In this document: in pieces, positions 19,006 through 28,524 of the stretch
Layout: every line of letters begins with the position of its first letter
Numbering within the stretch: the stretch's first letter is position 1
Assembly (NCBI GenBank): GCA_048882385.1
Contig: JBHLRQ010000001.1
Coordinates: 1 to 64,000 of the forward strand
Direction: 5' to 3'
DNA length: 64,000 bases
DNA from: Candidatus Thorarchaeota archaeon
GTDB taxonomy: Archaea > Asgardarchaeota > Thorarchaeia > Thorarchaeales > Thorarchaeaceae
The notes under the pieces: generated by a model
The model's input: only the letters and a program-made list of their open reading frames with translations
Database searches by the model: none
What the model was told of the DNA's origin: nothing
Translations under genes and position numbers: made by a program

Positions 19006-19749
19006 CTAGCGCCTCCTATTATCTCTGCGTCGATTGTCACCTTCTCTGTCGCTGCGACTTCTTCCTCGTGGACCATCAAAGCGCCTTCCGCCACGGCCTC
19101 CTCTGTCATCACGATCATAACGTCTGCCCTCGTATGATCTTCTACGAGGGGCTAAATCGGGTCTTGCTTCTAATCCAAAGATTTGTCCATAATCATTAGC
19201 GACCTCTCGTGTTTCTCGATTCTCACATCTAAGGCAGAACATGTTATTGTGAGTTGTAAGTGTCAGTGGGTTACCACATCTTGAGCAGTTAGCGAAAACA
19301 ACACCAAATTCTTGACCAACCAAAGAAAGTTTTACAGGTATCTCATGTGTGTTAGTTGCTACTGCACGAATGATATCGCCATGTTTTAGAACATCTAACA
19401 TGCTCTTAACATATCTCCGGGTCACATTGCTAATGTGTAATTCGCCCAAAATTCCACTGTGGATATCCTTGTCGTTTCTTCTTACTATCAAGACTTCAGC
19501 ACGCTGATCGAATGCAAGCACAACCTTGCCCATTAGAACATCACCTGCAATTGGGAGTGCCAGCTTCATCGTGCCGTCGGGACTTACAACACTGATACTG
19601 CGGTCTTTAAGATCCATGGAAACTGTTCCGGGTGCAGCAGCATAGACAATGCCTTCCTTCTCGTATGTACCATAACTAGGCATCAATTCCTCGATGACGC
19701 ATAGCTGGTCACCAGGCACTACAATATCTCCACTCTTTACATCTGCCAT
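19006..19749 (-). CDS. csl4: Exosome subunit Csl4 with an Arg/Gly/Asp-rich tail
   Basis: VVPGD, S1 domain, GDIIRA and CSRC...CLRC...E.R; start ATG 19749. Confidence 0.93.
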   Translation of the reverse strand: MADVKSGDIVVPGDQLCVIEELMPSYGTYEKEGIVYAAAPGTVSMDLKDRSISVVSPDGTMKLALPIAGDVLMGKVVLAFDQRAEVLIVRRNDKDIHSGILGELHISNVTRRYVKSMLDVLKHGDIIRAVATNTHEIPVKLSLVGQEFGVVFANCSRCGNPLTLTTHNNMFCLRCENRETREVANDYGQIFGLEARPDLAPRRRSYEGRRYDRDDRGGRGGRRFDGPRGRSRSDREGDNRRRDNRRR

Positions 19750-19750
19750 T

Positions 19751-20380
19751 CTATTCACACTCGTTGGTGCATATGCGATACAAATCCACATTCACCATGT
19801 GTTTCTGTTTCTTGTGATGCTCGAACAGTCGACCAATTGGAAACTGAAACGTTTCAAGCTGTGCTACTCTTGCACCAAGCTTCTCAATCTCATTCTTCAG
19901 GAAGACCCTATTCTTGTCACCCGCGAGATGCATGCTGTATGTCACACCAGCAAATGAGATCGCCATTTTCAGGAATCCTAGATCTGCACCTCTCTTTTTC
20001 ACTCCGAACGGCGGATTACTCACCACGGTATCGACAGGACAACGTAACTGCATGGAGGTTACATCCCCCAAGACCCAGTCAACAGTGTTTTCCGTTCCGA
20101 GTGAACGTGAGTTCATTTGAGACGCCTTTAAGGCTTTGCTTTGCACATCAATTCCAATAACACGATTTGCCCCTAGTAAAGCAGCCCCAATAGCAAAAAT
20201 TCCATCACCGCATCCAAGATCACAAACAATCTTGTTTGTAATGTCATTGTGTTCCATTTGAGCTGCATAGAGTACAGAGGCGGCAATTGAGGCAGGAGTC
20301 GGATATTGTTCTAATGAAACATCATATGTGTCAAGACGTTTCATTGACTCGAGTGCCATCTCTAGATCTCTAAGGCGCAA
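19751..20380 (-). CDS. METTL5-family SAM-dependent methyltransferase
   Basis: LEQYPTP, DLGCG.G and NPPFG motifs. Confidence 0.92.
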   Translation of the reverse strand: MRLRDLEMALESMKRLDTYDVSLEQYPTPASIAASVLYAAQMEHNDITNKIVCDLGCGDGIFAIGAALLGANRVIGIDVQSKALKASQMNSRSLGTENTVDWVLGDVTSMQLRCPVDTVVSNPPFGVKKRGADLGFLKMAISFAGVTYSMHLAGDKNRVFLKNEIEKLGARVAQLETFQFPIGRLFEHHKKQKHMVNVDLYRICTNECE

Positions 20381-20514
20381 TCAGTTCACCATCTATTTGT
20401 CTGAGTTAGTAAGGTTGGAGTTAACAATACAGATGAATAATGTGATTTGTACCTCATTTCGCTAATACAGCCCTCGATAATACCTATCCTTATCTGTTCC
20501 ATGTGCTCCATAGG

Positions 20515-20559
20515 CTCCAGTCGAAGTCCACTGGAACTTGCCTCAAGTTCGAATGGAAG
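20515..20559. promoter_or_regulatory. Mini-ORB-like Orc1/Cdc6 binding motifs upstream of cdc6
   Basis: GTCCACTGGAAC (20526-20537; reverse complement GTTCCAGTGGAC), CTCCAGTCGAAG (20515-20526) and GTTCGAATGGAAG (20547-20559) resemble the TCCAGTGGAA ORB core. Confidence 0.55.
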
Positions 20560-20617
20560 TGTTTAAGTTCAAGGTAGCTGCCATAAATAATATTCTCTGC
20601 TGGGAGTAGATGATAAG

Positions 20618-21868
20618 TTGGAGAAACCTCTCGACAAACTGTTTGACAAATTTCTGCAGGGTCAGGCTATCTTCAGAGATAGAACTGCTCTGAGGCCTAC
20701 ATATGTTCCAGAAAATCTTCCATATAGAGATGATCAGATGAACAGAATTGGCGCAATATTGGGTCCAGCTCTTAGAGGTGCACCTCCTTCCAACATTCTC
20801 TGTTATGGAAAGACTGGAACTGGAAAGACTGTTGTGGCACGCTATGTATTGGATATGCTTGTAAACAAAGCAGAAGAAAGTGGTGTGAATCCGCCTCTAA
20901 CAGCATTTGTAAATTGCAGAATAGTTGGAACCAATTATAGGGTTTTGAAACGACTTTGTGATCAGATTGATGCTACAATGGGCGATGGTTCAGAAGTCCC
21001 TTTCACGGGACTTCCTACTGATGAAATTCGAGAGGTGTTAAAGAATAAACTAGACTCTGAAGCGAACATTTTGACTGTTGTACTTGATGAAGTCGACAGC
21101 TTGTTGAAACGTGATGCTGGTCAGGGCAACGACATTCTCTATGGATTGACGCGAATGAATGGAGAGTTGGAGAACAGTAGAATATCGATTATTGGAATAA
21201 GCAACGACCTCAAGTTCAAGGAGATGCTCGATCCACGGGTCTTGTCAACTCTTGGGGAGGAAGAGGTGATTTTCTCACCTTACAATGCTGTGGAATTGAG
21301 AGGTATCTTGAAGCAGAGGGTTGCACTTGCTTTCAATAGTAATGCAATAGGTGATGAAGGTGTTATCAACCTCGTAGGAGCTTTGGCAGCGCAAGAACAT
21401 GGTGATGCTCGTAGAGCACTGGATTTGCTTCGAACTGCAGGAGAACTTGCTGAGCGGCGGGGTGATGAAAAGGTCACACAGGAACATGTTCGAGAAGCAC
21501 AGAAAGTAATTGAGCGTGATACAATTACTGAAACTGTGAAAACACTCCCAATGCAATCGAAAGCTGTTCTATTTGCTGTCTACATCCTGGCTAACAAGGG
21601 TCAGCAAGACATATTCACTGGTGAGTGCTATAATGTCTATTCGGACATAGCAAAATCACTTTCATTAGATACTCTAACGCAGCGGAGAGTATCGGATCTC
21701 ATTTCTGAGCTTGACATGTTGGGATTGATCAATACAACTGTAATTTCAAAAGGTCGATATGGCAGAACTAAGAAAATCAAGCTAGCAGTGAGTAAGAAAC
21801 AGATTGGTGTCATACTTGACGATGATGTACGACTCAGTAAGATGGCGCATGACATCGAATCAAGTTGA
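20618..21868 (+). CDS. cdc6: Orc1/Cdc6 replication initiator
   Basis: YGKTGTGKT, VLDEVD, HGDARRALDLLR and a winged helix ending in SKGRYGRT. Confidence 0.97.
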   Translation: MEKPLDKLFDKFLQGQAIFRDRTALRPTYVPENLPYRDDQMNRIGAILGPALRGAPPSNILCYGKTGTGKTVVARYVLDMLVNKAEESGVNPPLTAFVNCRIVGTNYRVLKRLCDQIDATMGDGSEVPFTGLPTDEIREVLKNKLDSEANILTVVLDEVDSLLKRDAGQGNDILYGLTRMNGELENSRISIIGISNDLKFKEMLDPRVLSTLGEEEVIFSPYNAVELRGILKQRVALAFNSNAIGDEGVINLVGALAAQEHGDARRALDLLRTAGELAERRGDEKVTQEHVREAQKVIERDTITETVKTLPMQSKAVLFAVYILANKGQQDIFTGECYNVYSDIAKSLSLDTLTQRRVSDLISELDMLGLINTTVISKGRYGRTKKIKLAVSKKQIGVILDDDVRLSKMAHDIESS

Positions 21869-23413
21869 CAGGTCATGGAAGAACTTGATTTCAGGTGCGC
21901 CTGTTTGAAGATTAAGAAATGTGACAATACCAGGAGTGGGTACAATACCTTGTTTTCGCATGAAATCTGTTTGTGATTGGAAAGTTCCAGAGTTGATTAT
22001 CTGAACGCCTCGATAGTTGTCGACTGCATTATGATGTGCGTGACCAAAATGTACAACATCAGGTGGTGTATCAATGACCATCCAATCTCTATGGAGTGGA
22101 GCAAGTTCAGTCTTACCACCATATAAAGGTACCAAATGACGTTTTCTGAGTAATTCTTTCATTGGTGACGCAGGTTCAGTATATGATGCTCCTGGAACGT
22201 TAGTCACCAAATCATCCATACTATCACCATGTGTCATTAAGACATTCACACCTTCAACAATTACTTGGCTTGGGTCCCCAAGCATGGTGATACGATTGCC
22301 AAGTTTATAGAGCGGGTCTGCAAATTCCGCGGAGATTGGAGGTTTGGGAAGTGCTTGTCTAGACGCATCGTGATTTCCAGGAATGCAGAATATTTTGACA
22401 CGCTTTGGCAATTTCTTGATTTTGCTTGCGAAAAGAGCGTATTGGTCAAAGATACTAGTAATTTCCAAGTCGAATCTTTGAGTTGGGTATACACTGATCC
22501 CATCTACCATATCCCCAGCAATGAAAAGGTATCTGATGTTTTGTACAAGGTGTTTGTCAGATTCCTCCACATCTCGACCGTTCATCCAGTCAATGAACCT
22601 GTCAAAGTCATCTTCTAGGAATTCTTTACTTCCACAATGAATGTCTGAGATAAATGCAGCATATACCTCACGCTTGGCTCTTCCAACAGGTCGAGCAGTT
22701 GGTATATCAGGAAAAATCACATCATCAGCAATCATCCTAGCCTCTTCATCAACAAAACCAGATAGACAGACAACCTCATCCAAAAGAAGAGAGTTTGCTT
22801 TCTCAGCAAGTTGTTGGCCTTTCAATCCTTCCCGTGTTGCAGGAATGACACAGATTATAGTAGAGTAACGATCTTCAATCTGGTCATTAATCTCTACTTT
22901 CTCCACGTGCTCTAACTCAACTATTACATTCTTGGACCGGGAGAGGCTTTTGCTACTAACAACACCGAGTACTACTTGAGATGCACGAGCCGTGGTACGC
23001 ATTCCCTCCCTGTTCATTGCTTTCCTTGTTTTGGCTGATTCTTTTCTCAGTTTTGCAATATAAGGTGATACTGCATTCTGAGTATCAATACGACCCATGT
23101 AGATACGTTTAATGCGGTTGAAGCGGTCTGTGAACAGACTCAGAAAATCTTCAACGGTCCCCTCAGAACCTACCAAATCCTGCTCAGGATTTTTCTCCAC
23201 ACGATAATCCCAAGTAATTCCTTCAATAAGAGATTCAACATATGATTTTGATAATACTTGAGGAAGTTCTCCATCTGTGTCGACTAGCAAAACAGTTTCG
23301 ACTGCATTCATTGGCGATTCTTGATTTAGTATATACTCTAATGCATCAGGCGTTATTTGGAATCCAGACTCTATTAACAGTCTGAGTACGTCACGTCGAA
23401 CACTGGATGTCAA
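21860..23413 (-). CDS. polB: DNA polymerase D small subunit DP1
   Basis: ISDIHCGS, AGD.VDG, PGNHD, HG.S and GH.H calcineurin-like motifs; TTG start at 23413 after GGTGA. Confidence 0.95.
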   Translation of the reverse strand: MTSSVRRDVLRLLIESGFQITPDALEYILNQESPMNAVETVLLVDTDGELPQVLSKSYVESLIEGITWDYRVEKNPEQDLVGSEGTVEDFLSLFTDRFNRIKRIYMGRIDTQNAVSPYIAKLRKESAKTRKAMNREGMRTTARASQVVLGVVSSKSLSRSKNVIVELEHVEKVEINDQIEDRYSTIICVIPATREGLKGQQLAEKANSLLLDEVVCLSGFVDEEARMIADDVIFPDIPTARPVGRAKREVYAAFISDIHCGSKEFLEDDFDRFIDWMNGRDVEESDKHLVQNIRYLFIAGDMVDGISVYPTQRFDLEITSIFDQYALFASKIKKLPKRVKIFCIPGNHDASRQALPKPPISAEFADPLYKLGNRITMLGDPSQVIVEGVNVLMTHGDSMDDLVTNVPGASYTEPASPMKELLRKRHLVPLYGGKTELAPLHRDWMVIDTPPDVVHFGHAHHNAVDNYRGVQIINSGTFQSQTDFMRKQGIVPTPGIVTFLNLQTGAPEIKFFHDLST

Positions 23414-23553
23414 TGGGTCACCGAATGAAGAGAAGCATACTTCTCGTTTTAAACATCTGCCATCTTGCACACTTGGAAAAATGGATACGCGGGAAATGTA
23501 ATAAGCATCCATCTGAACCCAATTGTCGACTTCCTTCTCCAGGTGAAGAGATT

Positions 23554-24534
23554 ATGGTTATCACAAGGACATTACAGCAAACCGGTGGAAAAACGGGAAG
23601 TTCATTTCTGATAATATTACCAAAGGACTGGGTAATCAAACAGAAATTGAGTAAAGGAGATCCTGTGTTTATTGCTGAACGTGAAGATGGGTGTTTGATT
23701 ATAGATCCCCGTTTTGCAAAAACTGGAGAACCAAGAATTACTACAGCAAAGATTGAACAAAATCTTCGCTGGGAGATTACAAGTAGATACTTGCTTGGTT
23801 TTGATGAGATTCGTATTGTGAGTAAGGATGCAATCACAAATAATCAGCGAGATGAACTGAAACGCATAATCAAGCGGTTTGTCGCTTTGGAAATTACTGA
23901 AGATGATGATGACCAAATTGTGTTACGGTGTCTTGTTGACCCATCAACACTTCCTGTAAATACTGCAATGCGAAGAATGCATCAAATTACTTCCAGGATG
24001 ATTGATGATTCATTGAAAGCATATTTTGCTGGAAATAGCGAAGCTGCAGAAGAAGTAGTTCAGCGTGATGAAGAGGTAGATCGACTATTCTTTTTGATTG
24101 TCAGAGAACTAAGGTCTGCAATACAGTATCCCAGAATGAGTGAAGCCATGAAACTTACTCCTGTAAAGGCTCTTGACTTTCGTTTGGCAGTCCAATACAT
24201 TGAACGAATTGCTGATTTGGCTGTAGATATTGCACGACGAGTTGATGAACCAATAGACAATGCTCTAATCAAGAAAATTGAGCCAATAGTCACCAACGTT
24301 CTTGAAATGCTCTCAGATGCTGTGAAGAACCTGTTCAAATTTGACCCGAAAAAAGTGAGCTCTGTAATCAGTGCCGAGGAACGTCTAATATCCAAGACCA
24401 CAAAGCTTAGACAACATATCGTTGCCTCTCCAAACGGACAGCCACAAACCCAAGTCTTAGTAGTAGATAGTCTACTGAGAATGGGTGAGGCTGCAAAAGA
24501 TATAGTGGACTTGGCTTTACCGCTTCATGATTAG
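23554..24534 (+). CDS. Phosphate uptake regulator (AbrB-type N-terminus plus PhoU domains)
   Basis: R.LQ.TGG..S..I.LPK.W, RDEEVDRLFFL and ERIAD motifs. Confidence 0.9.
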   Translation: MVITRTLQQTGGKTGSSFLIILPKDWVIKQKLSKGDPVFIAEREDGCLIIDPRFAKTGEPRITTAKIEQNLRWEITSRYLLGFDEIRIVSKDAITNNQRDELKRIIKRFVALEITEDDDDQIVLRCLVDPSTLPVNTAMRRMHQITSRMIDDSLKAYFAGNSEAAEEVVQRDEEVDRLFFLIVRELRSAIQYPRMSEAMKLTPVKALDFRLAVQYIERIADLAVDIARRVDEPIDNALIKKIEPIVTNVLEMLSDAVKNLFKFDPKKVSSVISAEERLISKTTKLRQHIVASPNGQPQTQVLVVDSLLRMGEAAKDIVDLALPLHD

Positions 24535-25927
24535 AGGAATGAAAATGACACAGAAACTTTTTGGCACATCCGGTATTCGTGGTTCTATCGTTGATAAGTC
24601 AACTCCAGATCTTGCCCTTGGACTTGGTAGGGCACTTGGCTCTTTTCTAAAAGGAAAAGGAGTTGTGGCTGTAGGTACAGATGCTCGAACTTCTCGAGAG
24701 ATGTTAAGAGATGCTCTCATAGGAGGAGTGCTTTCAACTGGTGTTCATGTAGTGGATTTTGGGATAGCACCAATGCCTACGGTGGCATATTGTAGTACAA
24801 TTGATGGAATTTCGTCTTCCGTAATTATCACAGCTAGCCACAACCCACCGACAGACAATGGCTTCAAGTTCTTTATTTCTGGGCGGGAGTTCATCAGATC
24901 TGAGGAGGAATTCTTAGAGAATTCAATATACAATAAAGACTACAAGATTGCATCTTGGGACAAAATTGGTCAAATCTCTAAGACTGACGTAAAGGCTGAG
25001 TACTTATCAAAAGTGAAAAACTTTCTATTGAATCGGGGTGGGTCAAGTAAAGGTACGAGAGTTTTGTTGGATTTGGCAAATGGCGCAGCAACAAACTATA
25101 CTCCTGAATTACTTGAAGATCTTGGATTTTCTGTAACTACTATGAATTCTCATCAGGATGGGCATTTTCCCGGAAGACCTCCTGAACCATCACCGCGGAA
25201 TTTGGGTGACGCAATGAAAATGGCAGCCGAGTCTGACTTTGCTGTGACAATGTGTCATGATGGCGATGGTGACAGATTAGCAGTAATTGATGAAGAGGGC
25301 GAGTTTATCGACCAGAACCGTGTGATTGCTGTGTTTGCTAGGGATGAGGTTGAGAGAAAAGGAGGCGGAATAGTCCTAACATCAATTGATACATCTAGTG
25401 TGATTGATGAGATTGTCAACGTTTCAGGAGGTTCTGTGGTCAGGATGCCATTAGGGTCTCTCCAAGAGTATTTGGCAACTGAGAAAGGAAAGGATGTGAT
25501 TCTTGCTTCTGAGCCTTGGAAACCAATATTCACGGAGTTAGGTTTGTGGATGGATGGTATAACAGGAGCAGGTCGCTTTGCACAGTTAGTGGATGAGATA
25601 GGTGATGGTAGTTGTTTGAAGCTGATGAAGACAATTCCAAAGTATCCAATTCTAAGGGATTTTGTTCCATGCCCTGATAAAATCAAACAGCAATTTCTAC
25701 CACGAGTAAAGGAGTTACTTGTTCCTGAGATTAGTGGTGTGGAACAAGTTCTTGAAGTTGATGGAATTCGGATAGAGAACAAAGATGGTTCCTACGTGTT
25801 GGTCAGAGTTTCGGGGACTGAACCTAAAGCCAGAGTGTATGTTGGTGCAAAAACTCAGCAGACTGTGGATAAGCTTGCTGAAACTGCAAAGAAAATAATG
25901 GGGCAGGTTTTGGACGAGCTTCAATAA
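24527..25927 (+). CDS. Phosphohexomutase (phosphoglucosamine mutase or PMM-PGM)
   Basis: LFGTSGIRG, TASHNP, DGDGDR and R.SGTEP motifs. Confidence 0.93.
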   Translation: MIRGMKMTQKLFGTSGIRGSIVDKSTPDLALGLGRALGSFLKGKGVVAVGTDARTSREMLRDALIGGVLSTGVHVVDFGIAPMPTVAYCSTIDGISSSVIITASHNPPTDNGFKFFISGREFIRSEEEFLENSIYNKDYKIASWDKIGQISKTDVKAEYLSKVKNFLLNRGGSSKGTRVLLDLANGAATNYTPELLEDLGFSVTTMNSHQDGHFPGRPPEPSPRNLGDAMKMAAESDFAVTMCHDGDGDRLAVIDEEGEFIDQNRVIAVFARDEVERKGGGIVLTSIDTSSVIDEIVNVSGGSVVRMPLGSLQEYLATEKGKDVILASEPWKPIFTELGLWMDGITGAGRFAQLVDEIGDGSCLKLMKTIPKYPILRDFVPCPDKIKQQFLPRVKELLVPEISGVEQVLEVDGIRIENKDGSYVLVRVSGTEPKARVYVGAKTQQTVDKLAETAKKIMGQVLDELQ

Positions 25928-25933
25928 ATGAAA

Positions 25934-26035
25934 TGGCGCCGGGGATGAGACTCGAACTCATGCGTGCGAACACAGCGGTTTCCTCGTAAAGTGGATATTT
26001 CGAGACCGCCTCCATAGCCACTAGGAGACCCCGGC
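25934..26035 (-). tRNA. tRNA-Ser(CGA) with an 18-nt intron at 37/38 (25981-25998) and encoded CCA
   Basis: GCCGGGG.../CCCCGGCGCCA acceptor stem, GCGGT-CT-CGA-A anticodon arm, long variable arm, GTTCGAGTC T-loop, BHB helix CTCG/CGAG. Confidence 0.95.
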
Positions 26036-26084
26036 TTAGTCTGATTTCACTGATGTTAAGATATAACGTTAATTGTCTTTGTTA

Positions 26085-26426
26085 TCAGAATGTAATAATG
26101 GTGTAGCCAGCTTCAGCAAACTTCAGTAGATCACTATGTCCATTGAGCTCGCCTTTTAGTGGCACTCCTATTTTTTGCGCTGCTTCGGTTGCCGAGAACG
26201 CAGATGTACAGGCCTTACAGGCATGATCGATGATGCCTATCTCCATGGCCTTGTCAAAGAGTGGGAGTTTGATAGTGCCATCTACTATTCCAATCAACAG
26301 CTTTGGAGAAGCACACTCGAGCACAGTTTTAATTTCATGCCCATTCTCATTGAAGTTGATTGCGTTTAGTAGTAAGTGATACAGCTGCATCTTATTATCA
26401 TCAGTAGCTAAGAATAGGTATTTCAT
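26085..26426 (-). CDS. DsrE-like protein
   Basis: ACKAC motif and GY.IITF C-terminus; about 113 aa from ATG 26426. Confidence 0.75.
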   Translation of the reverse strand: MKYLFLATDDNKMQLYHLLLNAINFNENGHEIKTVLECASPKLLIGIVDGTIKLPLFDKAMEIGIIDHACKACTSAFSATEAAQKIGVPLKGELNGHSDLLKFAEAGYTIITF

Positions 26427-26556
26427 TTCTATCTCAAAGTGCACAGAAATCAACAGGATATGAGGATTACTGACAAATTGACAACAAGAATTTAATCAAA
26501 CGGGGTCCATACTATTGTTGGTTTTGTAATTCGATATAGGCTAGGATAAAAGAGAA

Positions 26557-27129
26557 TTGACTGAAATAAGAGATCAAATCAAAGCCAAAGTAAAAACAAG
26601 ATACTTCATTAGAGAATCCCTTAGCAAGAGAGCGTTGCTTTATCGTTCACCAATCGTTTTGATTTTGATCTATTATGTCTGGATTCTAATTTCAGCTTGG
26701 AATATGTTTGACCTTTGGGGATGGAGTCTTGAAGAGGGCTTGATATGGTCAAGTGGAGGTCCAGGAAGTTTCATTCCTATACCAAGTGAACCGGGACAGA
26801 TGACTGTAGTTACTCCGGGAAGTATGATTGACCACATATTCTATTTGATTTTCATACATTATGGACTCTGGATTCTCTGGATTTCACTCGGCATCATCTA
26901 CCTGTTTTCGCCTTACCGTCTTGAAAGGATTGTATCATGCACTCTATTGAAATGGTTGATTATAACTGAAGTTGGTTTCTTTCTTACAGGAAGATTAGTG
27001 GTAACAAATATGCATCCATGGGGATTACAAGTGTCTGTATCAGCAATTGGTTTGATGCTAGTTGCAACTCTGATTATTCGACTTTTTGTCTGTAGAAGAA
27101 GAAGCTTTGAACACAGAGCAACATCCTGA
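26557..27129 (+). CDS. Hypothetical membrane protein (about 4 TM)
   Basis: Four hydrophobic stretches. Confidence 0.6.
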   Translation: MTEIRDQIKAKVKTRYFIRESLSKRALLYRSPIVLILIYYVWILISAWNMFDLWGWSLEEGLIWSSGGPGSFIPIPSEPGQMTVVTPGSMIDHIFYLIFIHYGLWILWISLGIIYLFSPYRLERIVSCTLLKWLIITEVGFFLTGRLVVTNMHPWGLQVSVSAIGLMLVATLIIRLFVCRRRSFEHRATS

Positions 27130-27189
27130 AAATAGGGAAAAGGACGAATTTAAGCTCATGAACTTCATGTTGTGCACTAGAAACTAGTA

Positions 27190-28038
27190 TTAGGTGACTT
27201 GGCTCGACTGCTTCGTTTCAAGTGATGAAATTGCGCGCCTAGTACTGATTAGCATATTATACGTTCTCTTGAGCGCTTTTTCAGCGTCAAAGAACCACAG
27301 TGTTCTTGCAATAAGCCATTTAATCTTGATTTCTTTAAAGCTCCGTGACAATATCGAGTAGTTCTTTTTCAATTGTCCTACCACTGCATTGGAACTGTTC
27401 AATTGTTCACGAAGCTTGTGGATTTTAACCTGCATTGAATCTAGGTCCCTATTGAAAGTCTGTTCAACTGCATCACTAATGTGTTTGGTACCATCAAAAT
27501 TATCGATTTTGAGACGAGACCAGCGAAATGTATTACTCCCAATTGAACGAACAATCTTGGAGAACTCACTCGAGTCGATCAACACCTTTTCATCTTCATT
27601 CCCTATAATTCGTCTTCGTTCCTTGGATCTGAGAAGTGGAAAAAGAATCACACCAGGTCTTAATCGAATTCCAGTTGTCTTTCTCACGAGTCTTTCAACA
27701 CGTTTCTTCTGTTGCGCTGTCGGGTTCTTGAAACTGAATGAAACTAATGAATAAACACTATTGGAATAAGAACCCTTCATCTTCTCTCTGACTGTGGGTA
27801 TCTCCTTTGTTTTACTAAATGAAACAAATGATTGCTGCTGAAGGGTTGCATCGTGACTTTCTGAATATTCTTGAACGATAAACAAACCTCTCTTAATTCT
27901 TAATACACCTTGGAGACTGGAGAGCTTTTTTGATACCACCTTCAAGCCCTCAGGGGTACCAAGTAGAATTACTAGTTTTGAATCACTCTTTAGTTCGGAT
28001 TGCGCTGCGAGGATTCCATCTACACTGGCTTCGGTCAT
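27190..28038 (-). CDS. Hypothetical basic protein with a ChrB-N/PaaX-like (Cas2-type ferredoxin fold) segment and a coiled coil
   Basis: YSLVSFSF...QKKRV.R......GIRLRPGVILFP pattern; the family call is tentative. Confidence 0.55.
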   Translation of the reverse strand: MTEASVDGILAAQSELKSDSKLVILLGTPEGLKVVSKKLSSLQGVLRIKRGLFIVQEYSESHDATLQQQSFVSFSKTKEIPTVREKMKGSYSNSVYSLVSFSFKNPTAQQKKRVERLVRKTTGIRLRPGVILFPLLRSKERRRIIGNEDEKVLIDSSEFSKIVRSIGSNTFRWSRLKIDNFDGTKHISDAVEQTFNRDLDSMQVKIHKLREQLNSSNAVVGQLKKNYSILSRSFKEIKIKWLIARTLWFFDAEKALKRTYNMLISTRRAISSLETKQSSQVT

Positions 28039-28153
28039 TTTTCAACAATCAATGATTTCTCAGGCATGAACAACATGTGTTCAAGATTCCTTGGTGACAC
28101 AAGTGGGCGACTACAATAACTGTTAATATCTTTGTCTGATATGTCTAAAAACT

Positions 28154-28172
28154 CGTATTTTATCAAAATACG
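28154..28172. promoter_or_regulatory. Perfect palindrome, candidate operator
   Basis: CGTATTTT-atc-AAAATACG next to TGATATAT in a divergent intergenic region. Confidence 0.45.
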
Positions 28173-28304
28173 TTGATATATCCCTAATCTGTTAATTGGG
28201 GTCATTGAGGTCTTTTTTCAGTGTTTGAACTGATATGATGTTTGAAAAATAATCTAGACATACTTTACTCATGATGTGAAGAACTTAGTCGTGAGGTGAC
28301 ATCT

Positions 28305-28385
28305 ATGCACTTCGATGATGAAGATGTGTGGGCTGATGACGACGATGATGACTGGGACGACGACGATGACGACGAAGATTGGTAA
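28305..28385 (+). CDS. 26-aa Asp/Trp-rich acidic microprotein MHFDDEDVWADDDDDDWDDDDDDEDW
   Basis: Strong GAGGTGA SD before the ATG; mixed GAT/GAC codons argue for coding rather than a slippage repeat; below the ORF-track cutoff. Confidence 0.7.
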   Translation: MHFDDEDVWADDDDDDWDDDDDDEDW

Positions 28386-28452
28386 GATCTTGTCATCTAG
28401 TATCTCCCAATAGCAATTCGTCCGACTCTTCCCAGACATGGATGTGATTGCT

Positions 28453-28518
28453 ATGGCGAAAAAGAAACCAGCAAAGAAAACCAAAACTGAAACACCTTCT
28501 AAGAAAAAGAAGAAGTAG
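28453..28518 (+). CDS. 21-aa Lys-rich basic microprotein MAKKKPAKKTKTETPSKKKKK
   Basis: GGATGTGA SD-like site; mixed AAA/AAG codons; followed by a terminator hairpin. Alternative in-frame ATG at 28438. Confidence 0.65.
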   Translation: MAKKKPAKKTKTETPSKKKKK

Positions 28519-28524
28519 TATAAC

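Noticed and set aside
28269-28484. 71-aa hydrophobic minus-strand ORF
   Set aside because: It is the antisense shadow of the Asp-rich and Lys-rich microproteins, which have SD sites and a terminator.
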